A DNA stretch of 64,000 bases from Verrucomicrobiia bacterium (GCA_963664225.1 OY760937.1:4128001-4192000), one strand, 5' to 3'. Positions 10,233 through 20,394 are shown, counted from the first letter of the stretch. Made by a program: numbers and translations. Notes: generated from the letters alone by a model not told the origin.

Positions 10233-11099
10233 ATGAATACTCCGAATCCGCTAGTTCCGAAGGGCTCGCTCCTTGAGCAGCAAAAGTCCAAAGGCAAGTC
10301 CAATTTGTTCATCGCCGTTTTCACCATCCTGGCGATCCACGTCATTTTATTCGCCGGCCTGTTGATGCAGGGCTGCCGACCAGCCAAACCTGAAAGCCAG
10401 AGTCTGGAATCCGCTTTGACCAATACGGTTCCAGCCGAGCCGGTCGTTTCGACCAACCCGGCGGTTCCTGTGCCGTCCACCAACGACTATTACGCCGTGG
10501 CGCCGACCAGCGCGCCTCCGGTGAACCCCGGCGCGTTGATGGCTCCCCTGACCAACACGGGCGCAGCCGCGTCCATTGGAATTGCCGACACGACCGCGCT
10601 GGGTGGCGAAGCCAAGAGCTACAAGGTGGCCCCGAACGATTCATTCTATAAGATTGCCAAGGCCCAGGGAATTTCCATCAGCGCCCTGGCCCAGGCCAAT
10701 CCGGGCGTGGATTCGCGCAAGCTCAAAGTGGGGCAAACCCTTCAGGTTCCCGCGCCGGTAGCCAAGACTGAGGTCGCCGCCGCCAGTGCCTCCGCCACAG
10801 GAACGGCGACCGAGGCCGCTGTGAAGCCTGCGGCTTCCAAGACCTACATCGTGAAGGCGGGCGACACCATGACCAAGGTGGCCAAAGCGCACGGAGTAAA
10901 AGTCAAAACGCTGCGGGATGCCAACAAACTCAAGAGCGACCGTCTGGTGGTGGGGCAGAAGTTGAAAATTCCCGCCCACAAGACCGACGCGGCCGCTGCT
11001 CCGGCCGCCGCAGCGCCTGCTGCTGCGCCGGTGGAATCGGCGACCGCACCGATGCCGCTGGCCCCGGCGCCTCTGGCTCCTTTGACGAACCGGATGTAA
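10233..11099 (+). CDS. Membrane-anchored protein with two LysM domains
   Basis: TM segment, Pro/Ala linker, two LysM repeats (YKVAPNDSFYKIAK...LKVGQTLQVP; YIVKAGDTMTKVAK...LVVGQKLKIP). Confidence 0.9.
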   Translation: MNTPNPLVPKGSLLEQQKSKGKSNLFIAVFTILAIHVILFAGLLMQGCRPAKPESQSLESALTNTVPAEPVVSTNPAVPVPSTNDYYAVAPTSAPPVNPGALMAPLTNTGAAASIGIADTTALGGEAKSYKVAPNDSFYKIAKAQGISISALAQANPGVDSRKLKVGQTLQVPAPVAKTEVAAASASATGTATEAAVKPAASKTYIVKAGDTMTKVAKAHGVKVKTLRDANKLKSDRLVVGQKLKIPAHKTDAAAAPAAAAPAAAPVESATAPMPLAPAPLAPLTNRM

Positions 11100-11139
11100 A
11101 GAGGGCCGGCCTCCAAGAAACAAATTTGTTCTGGGTATA

Positions 11140-11174
11140 AACGCCAGGAGCGCTGTTCAAGCGCTCCTGGCGTT
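11140..11174. other. Perfect 15-bp stem-loop inside the dcw cluster (no U tract)
   Basis: AACGCCAGGAGCGCT-gttca-AGCGCTCCTGGCGTT. Confidence 0.7.
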
Positions 11175-11254
11175 GCCGCTTGTCAGACTTCCATGACCCC
11201 GGCTGGCGACTTTCAAGTTGACCGGCCATTCAAGAATCCTCTTCGACTACCTAT

Positions 11255-12385
11255 ATGAAATGGACATTGACCATTTTGGGCTGGTGCGTGGCCGCGCTAC
11301 TTGCCTTGGGGATCGTGATGTTGTTCAGCGCGATGATGGGGCCGGCACAGAAGGAGGGAAATCTCCTGATCAAACAACTGGCCTTTTGCGGCGTTGGCCT
11401 GGTGATGTTTGTGGTGATGATGCTCATCGATTACAGGGCGCTGCGTCCGTTTGTCTGGATCGTGCTGATGGTCTCGATGGTGCTGCTGGCTTTAGTGCTG
11501 GTGCCCGGGATCGGCATAAAAGTATGGGGAGCGAAGCGCTGGCTGCCGTTGGGGCCGGTTCGGATTCAGCCCTCGGAGTTTGCAAAACTGGCGTTCATCC
11601 TGGTGCTGGCGCATTACGGGGCGGCAAACCGCGCGCGAATGTCCACGCTGAAATGGGGGTTGATGGTGCCGCTGCTGATACTGGCCAGTGTGATTGGGCT
11701 GATCTTCAAAGAGCCGGATTGGGGGACCACGTTCCTACTTGTGGCGGTGTGCATGGCGATGCTGGTGCTGGCGGGTTCGCGCTTGATTTACCTGGCTCCG
11801 CTGGTTCCGGTGGGCATCGCGATCGTTTATTTCATGGTGTTGCATGACCCAGTGCGTCTGGCCCGGGTGAAGGCCTACATGGACCAGGAGGGCAGCAAGC
11901 AAGGAACGGGTTATCAGGCGTATCAGGCGAAAATCGCCCTGGGGGCGGGTGGATGGGATGGATTGGGATTGGGCAACGGTCGCCAGAAGATGGGTTTTGT
12001 TCCCATGAATCACACGGATTTCATATTATCGGTGATTGGTGAGGAGGTCGGGTTGCAGGTGACCCTGGGCATCGTGGCTGCATACATCCTGGTGGTTTTT
12101 TGCGGCGCCTTCATAGCCTGGAACGCATCGGATTCCTTTGGATTTCTTCTGGCATCGGGATTGACGTTTATGATCGGATTTCAGGCCTTCATCAATATTG
12201 GCGTGGTGACGAGCGTGCTTCCCAACAAAGGCATGGGGCTGCCGTTCATCAGTTACGGAGGATCGAATCTTGTCCTGTTGCTGATGTCCATCGGGCTGCT
12301 TTTCAGCATTGCGCGCAGATCCGGCGAAGCAGGGGACGAGTCCGACGGATTTGGCGAGCCTTCCACGGGGACGGTACCCTTCTGA
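11255..12385 (+). CDS. ftsW: SEDS peptidoglycan polymerase FtsW
   Basis: GAKRWL, IQPSEFAK, EPDWGT, HTDFILSVIGEE, LPFISYGGS. Confidence 0.96.
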   Translation: MKWTLTILGWCVAALLALGIVMLFSAMMGPAQKEGNLLIKQLAFCGVGLVMFVVMMLIDYRALRPFVWIVLMVSMVLLALVLVPGIGIKVWGAKRWLPLGPVRIQPSEFAKLAFILVLAHYGAANRARMSTLKWGLMVPLLILASVIGLIFKEPDWGTTFLLVAVCMAMLVLAGSRLIYLAPLVPVGIAIVYFMVLHDPVRLARVKAYMDQEGSKQGTGYQAYQAKIALGAGGWDGLGLGNGRQKMGFVPMNHTDFILSVIGEEVGLQVTLGIVAAYILVVFCGAFIAWNASDSFGFLLASGLTFMIGFQAFINIGVVTSVLPNKGMGLPFISYGGSNLVLLLMSIGLLFSIARRSGEAGDESDGFGEPSTGTVPF

Positions 12386-13518
12386 TGAGCGAAGCAATGA
12401 GTCATACCGTTTATATCGCGTGCGGCGGCACGGGGGGACACTTGTATCCGGGCATGGCCGTGGCCGAGGAATTGCAGGAGGCGGGCTGCGATGTGACGTT
12501 GCTGATCTCGCCCAAGGAAGTCGATCAATCCGCGGCCCGCTCCAATCCGCATCTCCAGTTTGCCACGCTGCCGGCCGTTGGCCTGGTGTCGATGAATTTG
12601 CCGGGATTCTTAAAGGGATTCTGGCAATCGTATTGCACGGCCAAGAGGCTGTTCGCGGCCAAACCGCCCCGGGCGGTGGTGGCGATGGGCGGGTTCACAA
12701 GCGCGCCGCCGGTCCTGGCCGCGCGGAGGTATGGCGCGGCGAGTTTCCTGCATGAAGCCAATTCGATTCCCGGACGCGCAAATCGGTGGCTGGCGCCCTG
12801 GGTGAACGAGGTGTTTGTGCATTTTCCGACGGCGGGCGGGCGCTTTCGCGGAAGGCATGTGACGGTGGCCGGGATGCCTGTGCGGCCGCAATTCCAGCCG
12901 ATGGACGCTGAATCGTGCCGGGTGACGTTGGGCCTGGACGGGCGTTCCCCGATGCTGCTGGTGATGGGGGGCAGCCAGGGGGCGTCGGCGATCAACGATT
13001 TGATGGCGCGGTCGATCCCCCTTCTGGCAAAGCGTTTTCCACAGGTCCAATACCTGCACCTGACGGGTCCAAAGGACGAAGAGCGGATGCGAACCATTTA
13101 CGGGGCGCACAAGCGTCGCGCGGTGGTGCGTCCGTTTTTGACGGAGATGGAACTGGCGATGAACGCGGCGACGGCGGCGGTGAGCCGTGCGGGGGCGTCC
13201 TCGCTGGCGGAACTGGCGGTGCTGCGATTGCCGGCGGTGCTGATTCCTTATCCGATTGCGGCGGACAACCATCAGTTCCATAACGCGATGCAATTTGTGG
13301 AAACGGGCGCGGCGCGCATGATGGGGCAATCGATTGCGACCCCGGAACTTCTGGCGGAGGCCCTGGAAACGCTGCTTATGGATGAGGGTGCCCGAGAGCC
13401 CATGCGTGAGGCGCTGGGTCGCTGGCAAAAGCCGCAGGCCGCGCGGGAGGTGGCGGGGCGGGTGTGGTCGGCCATGACGGGTCAGGAATTGCCCGCGAAA
13501 CGCGAGTTGGAGAATTGA
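12385..13518 (+). CDS. murG: Lipid II GlcNAc transferase MurG
   Basis: GGTGGHLYPG, HEANSIPGRAN, GGSQGA, SRAGASS, DNHQFHNA. Confidence 0.97.
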   Translation: MSEAMSHTVYIACGGTGGHLYPGMAVAEELQEAGCDVTLLISPKEVDQSAARSNPHLQFATLPAVGLVSMNLPGFLKGFWQSYCTAKRLFAAKPPRAVVAMGGFTSAPPVLAARRYGAASFLHEANSIPGRANRWLAPWVNEVFVHFPTAGGRFRGRHVTVAGMPVRPQFQPMDAESCRVTLGLDGRSPMLLVMGGSQGASAINDLMARSIPLLAKRFPQVQYLHLTGPKDEERMRTIYGAHKRRAVVRPFLTEMELAMNAATAAVSRAGASSLAELAVLRLPAVLIPYPIAADNHQFHNAMQFVETGAARMMGQSIATPELLAEALETLLMDEGAREPMREALGRWQKPQAAREVAGRVWSAMTGQELPAKRELEN

Positions 13519-13530
13519 TCGGCGCAAAGG

Positions 13531-14970
13531 GTGTTTGAAGTGAATTTCGAGGACGGAGTGAATGTTGAAGAAGTGCTGCGCGGGGCGGCACCCGGGGCTG
13601 TCGCCTACTTGGTTGGGGCGGGCGGTTGCGGGGTGAGCGGATTGGGCCACTTGTTGTTGGACGCGGGATTCCGGGTGGCGGGTTCGGATCTGACGCTCAA
13701 CCAGGAGACGCGGGAGTTGGAGGCAAGGGGAGCGGTGATTCATGAAGGGCATGCCGCAAAAAACGTGGTCGAAGCGAAACCGTTTTTGATGGCGTGGTCA
13801 TCGGCGATTCGTCCCGACAATGTGGAATTAATGGAAGCCCGGAAACTGGGTTGTCCGGTGGTTCGGCGGGCGCGGGTGTTATCGGCGTTGATGAACCGGC
13901 GTCGTGGAATTTGTGTGGCGGGCATGCATGGGAAGACGACGACCACCGCGATGCTGGCCTTTGCTCTGGAGGCTTTGGGGGCGAGGCCGAGTTATGCCAT
14001 TGGATCAATGGTGGCCCAACTGAGTCCGCATGCGCGGTTTGCAGGCGCGGAGGATGGTTGGTTTGTGGCGGAGACGGATGAAAGCGACGGTTCGCTCGGT
14101 TGTTTTACGCCCGAGCAGGCGGTTCTCCTGAATCTCGACGAGGAGCATCTGGATCATTTTCCCAACATGGAGGCCATTTGCAAGGAGTTTGGGGACTTTG
14201 CCCGGAAGACGCGTGGGCCGGTTTTTTATTGCGCGGATGACGCGCGGCTGGTCGCGATGTTGGGCGAACGGGCTGACGGAGTGAGTTACGGGTTTAAAGC
14301 CGGGGCGCGCTATCGGGCGTTCATGGGGCAGTCTGGCAAGCGGGGTGAAACCTTGTTCCAAGTCTGGCAAGAAACGCAATATTTGGGCGAGTTTCGGACG
14401 CGGCTGGCGGGCGAAAAAAACGTGTCCAACGCGACGGCCGTGGTGGCGATTTTGCATGAGATGGGGTACGCGCCGGAAAAGATTGCGGCGGCGATCGCCC
14501 CTTTTGACGGCGCCCGGCGACGACAGGAATTGCTCTGGCACGACGGCCAGACGCGGGTTTTCGACGATTACGGGCATCATCCCCGGGAGATTGCGGCGAC
14601 GCTGGCCGCGTTGAAAAGCGCCGGGAGCGGCAGGTTATTGGTGGCCTTTCAACCGCATCGCTATACACGCACACAGCATTTGCAGGAGCAATTTGCGGAA
14701 TGTTTTGGGGCTGCGGACCTGTTGTGGATCACTGGGATTTATGCCGCGAGCGAGAATCCGATTTCCGGGGTGAGCGGCGAGGCGCTGGCCGAAGCGGTGC
14801 GCCAGCACGGCCAGGCAGTGCAATACGCGGCGGATTTGGATGCACTGCGGCGGGCGGTGCGGCAGACGATGAAGCCCGGGGACACGGTGATTTTTCAGGG
14901 CGCGGGAGACATCACACAGGCGGCGCATGAGCTGGCGCGGGAATTGGCTGAACATGGAATCTGTGCGTGA
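13531..14970 (+). CDS. murC: UDP-MurNAc--L-Ala ligase
   Basis: GAGGCGVSG, GMHGKTTTT, ETDESDGS, DDYGHHP, FQPHRYTRT. Confidence 0.96.
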   Translation: MFEVNFEDGVNVEEVLRGAAPGAVAYLVGAGGCGVSGLGHLLLDAGFRVAGSDLTLNQETRELEARGAVIHEGHAAKNVVEAKPFLMAWSSAIRPDNVELMEARKLGCPVVRRARVLSALMNRRRGICVAGMHGKTTTTAMLAFALEALGARPSYAIGSMVAQLSPHARFAGAEDGWFVAETDESDGSLGCFTPEQAVLLNLDEEHLDHFPNMEAICKEFGDFARKTRGPVFYCADDARLVAMLGERADGVSYGFKAGARYRAFMGQSGKRGETLFQVWQETQYLGEFRTRLAGEKNVSNATAVVAILHEMGYAPEKIAAAIAPFDGARRRQELLWHDGQTRVFDDYGHHPREIAATLAALKSAGSGRLLVAFQPHRYTRTQHLQEQFAECFGAADLLWITGIYAASENPISGVSGEALAEAVRQHGQAVQYAADLDALRRAVRQTMKPGDTVIFQGAGDITQAAHELARELAEHGICA

Positions 14971-15877
14971 AATTCTAAGAATCCTGGCGGCGGAACATCT
15001 CCCGCTGGCCGGTGCGTATCGGCTCGATGAACCGATGGCGCGGCATACGACGATGCGCGTGGGGGGGGCGGCGGACGCTTACTTTGAGCCTGCGGGCGAG
15101 GAGGCGCTGGCGGCGATGCTGCGTAATTGCGCGAAACGGGGCGTGCCGGTTTTTGTGATGGGGCGGGGATCCAATCTGCTCGTCAGGGATGGGGGGATTC
15201 GGGGTCTGGTGGTGTGTCTGGCGGCAGAGGTGTTTGGCAAGATCGAGGTTGAAGAAGAGCGGTTGCGCTGCGGGGCCGGTGCGAGGTTAAAGGCCATTGT
15301 CATGGAAGGGCGGCGCGCGGGACTGGGGGGGATTGAATTCATGGAGGGAATTCCCGGGAGTCTGGGAGGGGCATTGAGAATGAACGCGGGGGCCATGGGC
15401 GCGAGTGTCTTTGGCGCGGTGGAGCGGGTGCGGTTCATGGATCTGGCGGGCGAAGTGGCTGAGCGGACCGCGTCGGAGATACCGGTCGAATATCGCCGTT
15501 GCCCCCTGTTTGAAAAGAATATCGCGCTGGAGGCGAGTCTGCGGGTGCGGCGGATGACGCAAGAGGCGATTGACGAAATCCTGGGTGAATATAACAGGCG
15601 TCGTTGGCAGAGCCAGCCGGCCGCACCCAGCGCCGGATGCATTTTCAAGAACCCAACGGGCCAGGCGGCGGGTCGATTGATCGATGAGGCGGGGCTGAAG
15701 GGAACGCGGGTCGGTGGCGCGGTGGTTTCGGACAAGCATGGCAATTTTATCGTAAACGAAGGTTCTGCGACGGCGAAGGACGTGCTGGCGTTGATTGGGA
15801 AGATTCAAGAGCGCGTGAAGGCGGATCGTGGAATCGCGTTGGAAACAGAAGTGCAAGTGGTGGGCGAGGAGGTTTGA
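14954..15877 (+). CDS. murB: UDP-N-acetylenolpyruvoylglucosamine reductase
   Basis: HTTMRVGG, GRGSNLL, GIPGSLGGALRMNAGA, SAGCIFKNP, KHGNF. Confidence 0.97.
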   Translation: MESVREILRILAAEHLPLAGAYRLDEPMARHTTMRVGGAADAYFEPAGEEALAAMLRNCAKRGVPVFVMGRGSNLLVRDGGIRGLVVCLAAEVFGKIEVEEERLRCGAGARLKAIVMEGRRAGLGGIEFMEGIPGSLGGALRMNAGAMGASVFGAVERVRFMDLAGEVAERTASEIPVEYRRCPLFEKNIALEASLRVRRMTQEAIDEILGEYNRRRWQSQPAAPSAGCIFKNPTGQAAGRLIDEAGLKGTRVGGAVVSDKHGNFIVNEGSATAKDVLALIGKIQERVKADRGIALETEVQVVGEEV

Positions 15878-15885
15878 AAGAATTT

Positions 15886-16794
15886 ATGGGAAGGGTCAGG
15901 AATATTGTGGTGATGCTGGGCGGGACCTCCGCCGAACGGGAAGTGTCCTTGAGGAGCGGGGCGGCGGTGGCGGGAGCGTTGCGCGGGTTGGGCCACACGG
16001 TAACGGAGCTGGATCCGCAGGATAACGAGTGGACGTTGCCGAAGGGGACGGAGGTGGTGTTTCTGGCTTTGCACGGGACGTATGGCGAGGATGGCACGGT
16101 GCAGCGGCGGCTGGAAACGCTGGGGGCGCGTTACACGGGTTGCGGGCCTGAGGCGAGCCGCATCGCCTTCGATAAAGTGCTGACGAAGGAGCGGTGTGTC
16201 GCCTCCCACATTCCGACGGCCCGTTACGTGGTGATCGATGGGGCGTCCGCGCCCTGGCCTGCGGGGTGGGAGCCGCCGGTGGTTCTGAAGCCGGTTTGCC
16301 AGGGATCGAGTGTGGGACTGGAATTTGTAAACCAAAGGGGGGAGTGGACCGGAGCGCTTGCGAATGCGTTGCGCTATGATTCCCGGGTGCTGGTGGAGGA
16401 GCGGATCGCGGGACGCGAGGTGACGGTCGGGATTCTGGCGGACCGGGCGCTGCCGCTGGTGGAAGTGCGTCCGCATAACGGGGCCTACGATTACCACAAT
16501 AAATATACGAAAGGGGCCACAGAGTATTTGTGTCCCGCACCGCTGGATGCCATGATGACGGCGCGCGCACAAGAGGCTGCCCTTGGGGCGTTCCGGGCGA
16601 TTGGCGGGCGGGATTACGCGCGGGTGGATGTGATGATCACGAGTGCGGGCGAGCCGATGGTGCTCGAGGTCAACACGCTGCCGGGAATGACCGAGACGAG
16701 CTTGTTGCCCAAGGCCGCAGCGGCCGCAGGCATGGATTACGCGGGTTTGTGCCAGCGAATGATCGACCTGGCATTAGTCAGGCCGACCAGATGA
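15886..16794 (+). CDS. ddl: D-alanine--D-alanine ligase
   Basis: GGTSAEREVSL, LHGTYGEDG, GSSVG, YDYHNKY, LEVNTLPGMT. Confidence 0.97.
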   Translation: MGRVRNIVVMLGGTSAEREVSLRSGAAVAGALRGLGHTVTELDPQDNEWTLPKGTEVVFLALHGTYGEDGTVQRRLETLGARYTGCGPEASRIAFDKVLTKERCVASHIPTARYVVIDGASAPWPAGWEPPVVLKPVCQGSSVGLEFVNQRGEWTGALANALRYDSRVLVEERIAGREVTVGILADRALPLVEVRPHNGAYDYHNKYTKGATEYLCPAPLDAMMTARAQEAALGAFRAIGGRDYARVDVMITSAGEPMVLEVNTLPGMTETSLLPKAAAAAGMDYAGLCQRMIDLALVRPTR

Positions 16795-16806
16795 TGTGAG
16801 GTGTAT

Positions 16807-17781
16807 ATGTTTTGGAAGAAAAAATCGAGAAACCGTCGCGGGCGGCGGGATGAGGTGCTCGATGTCAAAGTTTATTCGCAGAAGGCGCGCGCCGCGCGCT
16901 GGCGGATGGTGACGACGGCGCTGGGCGTTTCCCTTGGCACGTTGATCGGGCTGCTGCTGCTTTGGCGCGGCACCGAGTGGACCCTCAACGCGATGGTCTT
17001 CAAGAACGAGGCGCTGGCGGTGCAGCGGATCGAGGTCCAGACCGACGGGGTGATCGCGCCGGAACAAATCCGGCTGTGGGCGGGTGTGGCCAAGGGGGAC
17101 AATCTGGCGGGACTGGAGCTGGGGCGGATCCGGCGCAATCTGGAGCTGGCGCCGCTGATCAAGCACGCGTCGGTGGAACGGGTGATGCCCGATACTTTGA
17201 GACTGCGGGTGACCGAACGCGAGCCGATGGTTGAGGCGCATGTGCTGGCGCCCAAGGCCGACGACAGCGGTTATGACATTGTGTCCTATTACCTGGATGA
17301 CGAGGGGTATGTGATGCTGCCGCTGCAAAAGGGAATGCAAAGGCCGCTGGCGAGCGCCGCCTCGGATGCGCTTCCCATTTTGACCGGTTTGAATCGCTCG
17401 GACTTGCGTCCGGGCCGTCCGGTGGAATCGCCGCAGGTGATGGCGGCGCTGAGGTTGATCGAGGCGTTCGAGAATTCGCCCATGTTTGGCCTGGCGGACC
17501 TGGCGCGCATCGATTTGAGTTGGCCGGATGTCCTGCAGGTCACGACACAGTATGGGAGTGAGATCACGTTTTCCATGGATCGCCTGGAGACGCAATTGCT
17601 GCGGTGGCGTTCCATATACGATGTGGGTGCCCGGGCGGGCAAGGGCATTGCCAGCGTGGACCTTTCCGTTACGAACAACGTTCCGACCCTTTGGGTGGAG
17701 ACCGGCGCGGTCGCTCCAGAAAAACTCAAAGCAGTAAAAACCATCCGCCACAAGAAGAAAAATGTTCAGCTCCAGCAATAA
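16807..17781 (+). CDS. ftsQ: Cell division protein FtsQ/DivIB
   Basis: Basic N-terminus, one TM, POTRA-like region (VERVMPDTLRLRVTEREP); lies between ddl and ftsA. Confidence 0.88.
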   Translation: MFWKKKSRNRRGRRDEVLDVKVYSQKARAARWRMVTTALGVSLGTLIGLLLLWRGTEWTLNAMVFKNEALAVQRIEVQTDGVIAPEQIRLWAGVAKGDNLAGLELGRIRRNLELAPLIKHASVERVMPDTLRLRVTEREPMVEAHVLAPKADDSGYDIVSYYLDDEGYVMLPLQKGMQRPLASAASDALPILTGLNRSDLRPGRPVESPQVMAALRLIEAFENSPMFGLADLARIDLSWPDVLQVTTQYGSEITFSMDRLETQLLRWRSIYDVGARAGKGIASVDLSVTNNVPTLWVETGAVAPEKLKAVKTIRHKKKNVQLQQ

Positions 17782-18988
17782 CAACATCGTCGTCGGTCTG
17801 GAAGTGGGCACCGCCAAGATTTGCGCGGTGGCCGGCGAATATAACGAAAAAGGCGCCTTGACGGTCATTGGCGTGGGCCAGAGCGAATCCCGCGGCGTGC
17901 GCAAGGGGGAGGTCGTGGATACGGTGCTGGCGGAGGAGGACATTCGCGCGGCCATTGCCGAGGCCGAACGGAACGCCGACATTGAAATTCACAATGTGTT
18001 TCTGGGGGTCACCGGCAAACATGTGCGCGGATTCGGGAATCGCGGCGTGCATACCATCGTCAGCGCGGATCGGGAGATCACCGACGAGGATGTGCAGGAT
18101 GTAGTTGACAACGCCAAGGCGATCAACCTGCCCATGGGCCATCACGTTCTCCACGCGGTGCGGCAGCATTTTCTGCTGGATGGTCAGGATGGAATATTGA
18201 ACCCAGTGGGGATGTTGGGCACGCGGCTGGAGGTGGAGATGCATGTGATTCACGGGGTCACCAACCGGATTCAAAACGTGTTTCGCGTCGTCAAGGGTCT
18301 CCAGATCGAGGTGGAGAACATGGTTTTCAACGGGCTGGCCAGTTCCCTGGCGCTGCTTTCCCCGGAGGAAAAGGAGATGGGGACGGTGGTGATCGATTTG
18401 GGGGCGGGCACGACCGAATACGTGATGTCCGCCAACGGGATCATCAAGCATTCCGGGGTGCTGGGGGTGGGCGGGGATCATGTGACGAACGACCTGGCCA
18501 TCGGATTGAGAGTGCCGATCGTGCGGGCGGAGCAGTTGAAGATCAGTCACGGGCACGCGCTGCCGGACGAGAGTCTGCGGGGACAGACCTTTACGCCGAC
18601 CAGCGAGTCCGGCCTGCCGGAGCGGCCGGTCAAACTGGAGCATTTGCGGCGGATCATGGCCGCGCGGCTGGAGGAAACACTGGAGATCATCGAGGCGGAT
18701 TTATCCCGGGCGGGCCTGCTGGATTATGTGCGTTCGGGCGTGGTTCTGTGCGGCGGCGGGGCGCGCATTGCCGGCATTCAGCAACTGGCGGAGCGGATCT
18801 TCCAATTGCCGACCCGGATTGGAACCATACAAAACGTGGGCGGAATGAAATCTCTGCTGGAGCAGCCGGAATTTGCCACCTGCATCGGTCTGGTGCGTTT
18901 CGGGGCGATGCAGATGCAGCAAAAGGGGGCCGGACGCCCGCGCACGTGGGGATTTCGCCAGGCATTATCGGGTTTGCTGCGGCGCTAA
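17762..18988 (+). CDS. ftsA: Cell division protein FtsA
   Basis: GLEVGTAKI, GVRKGEV, IDLGAGTT, GGDHVTNDL, VLCGGGA. Confidence 0.96.
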   Translation: MFSSSNNNIVVGLEVGTAKICAVAGEYNEKGALTVIGVGQSESRGVRKGEVVDTVLAEEDIRAAIAEAERNADIEIHNVFLGVTGKHVRGFGNRGVHTIVSADREITDEDVQDVVDNAKAINLPMGHHVLHAVRQHFLLDGQDGILNPVGMLGTRLEVEMHVIHGVTNRIQNVFRVVKGLQIEVENMVFNGLASSLALLSPEEKEMGTVVIDLGAGTTEYVMSANGIIKHSGVLGVGGDHVTNDLAIGLRVPIVRAEQLKISHGHALPDESLRGQTFTPTSESGLPERPVKLEHLRRIMAARLEETLEIIEADLSRAGLLDYVRSGVVLCGGGARIAGIQQLAERIFQLPTRIGTIQNVGGMKSLLEQPEFATCIGLVRFGAMQMQQKGAGRPRTWGFRQALSGLLRR

Positions 18989-19016
18989 TGTTGAATAATA
19001 AAGCGAGTTGATTTTT

Positions 19017-20357
19017 ATGAATACCGATTACCAGGATCAAAAAGCCGAGGGCGGGTTGAAACCGACCCTGGATATCCGATTTTTCGGGGTGGGGCGGGCG
19101 GGATGCCGGATCGTGGAGCAGATTGGCGGGTTGGGGATTGCCCCGGGCTCATTTTATGTGGCTGACACGAACAGTCATGATCTGGCCGGGTATCGCAACG
19201 CCCGGCGGGTGTTGATCGGCGGGAAGATCATGCGCGGCCTGGGGGCGGGCGGCGACATGGAACTGGCCACAGCCGCCGCAGAAGCCGATGGCCCGGAATT
19301 ATCGGGCTTATTTACCGGAGCGGACATTGTGATATTGGTGGCGGGGCTGGGCGGCGGCACGGGGGGGGGCGCGGGACCGGTTCTGGCGCGGATGGCCAGG
19401 CAGACCGGCGCGTTGGTACTGGCGTTTGCGGTCATGCCCTTCGACTGCGAAGGCAAGAAACGTCAGCGTCAGGCGATGCAGGCCATGCGCCAATTGAAGG
19501 CCAGCGTGGATGGCACCATTGGCCTGCCCAATCAGCATTTGCTCAAGCTGACGCCTGAGGGAACGCCTTTGCAGGAGGTGCTCCAGACCGGCAACACCTG
19601 GATTCAAGAGGGAATCTGCGGGGTGTGGCGCATGCTGGCGCGGCCGGGATTGATCACGGTGGATTTTGCGGAGTTGAAGAATTGCCTGCGGGGACGGCAC
19701 TCGGAGGGGGCGCTGGCCTCGAGCAAGGCCGCCGGCGCGGATCGCGCGAAAACGGCGGCGGATATTCTGCTGGCCAGCCCGCTGCTGGGGGATGCGGAGA
19801 CTTTGCGCAAGGCGGACACGGTGCTTGTGAATATTGCGGGCAATACGCGCCTGGGTTTGCCCGAGGTGGACCAGGTGATCACCCGCGTCCGGCAGTGCTG
19901 TGATAATGCGAACGTGATTTTGGGGGCCACTTGCGACGACCAGCTCGGTGAGAATCTGGAGGTGACGTTGATTGCGACGACCCGCCAGACCGAGCCGGAT
20001 GCGGCATCCCAGTCGGAGGAGCGGGTGAATCCCCGTTTTGGAGCGTCCCGTTCCAACGAGGGGCAAGGACTGATGGGGCTGGAAATCAATCCGCTGGATG
20101 GAGTGTCGGCGGAGCGCCCGCGTCCCGGATTGGTGGCTCCGGCGCCTGATCTGAATGCGGAGCAGACCGGGAAATTGCTCAAGCAGCAGGCCCAGGAGGA
20201 CAGCCGGATTCGGAAGAACCTGCCGCAACTGCTGCAGGGTCAGTTGCCGCTGCAAATTGTTTCGAAGGGACGGTTCGAGAAAAGCGAGCCCACGGTGCAT
20301 CGCGGTGAAGATCTGGACAAGCCGACGTATATGCGGCGGAGCATCCTGCTGAATTAA
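19017..20357 (+). CDS. ftsZ: Cell division protein FtsZ (divergent motifs)
   Basis: GLGAGG, GLGGGTGGG, PFDCEG, VDFAEL, C-terminal DLDKPTYMRR; follows ftsA. Confidence 0.92.
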   Translation: MNTDYQDQKAEGGLKPTLDIRFFGVGRAGCRIVEQIGGLGIAPGSFYVADTNSHDLAGYRNARRVLIGGKIMRGLGAGGDMELATAAAEADGPELSGLFTGADIVILVAGLGGGTGGGAGPVLARMARQTGALVLAFAVMPFDCEGKKRQRQAMQAMRQLKASVDGTIGLPNQHLLKLTPEGTPLQEVLQTGNTWIQEGICGVWRMLARPGLITVDFAELKNCLRGRHSEGALASSKAAGADRAKTAADILLASPLLGDAETLRKADTVLVNIAGNTRLGLPEVDQVITRVRQCCDNANVILGATCDDQLGENLEVTLIATTRQTEPDAASQSEERVNPRFGASRSNEGQGLMGLEINPLDGVSAERPRPGLVAPAPDLNAEQTGKLLKQQAQEDSRIRKNLPQLLQGQLPLQIVSKGRFEKSEPTVHRGEDLDKPTYMRRSILLN

Positions 20358-20394
20358 TTTAAGATTGGTCGGGTTGGTTTGGTTTGTTTGGGTT

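Noticed and set aside
710..20300. Long antisense ORFs (e.g. 6041..7432, 12610..13752, 16774..17982)
   Set aside because: Shadow ORFs of GC-rich genes that have clear products on the other strand; the same applies to 61949..63484 and 53520..54605.
20366..20394. (GGTTT)n microsatellite after ftsZ
   Set aside because: Short, imperfect and intergenic next to a terminator; no evidence of function.
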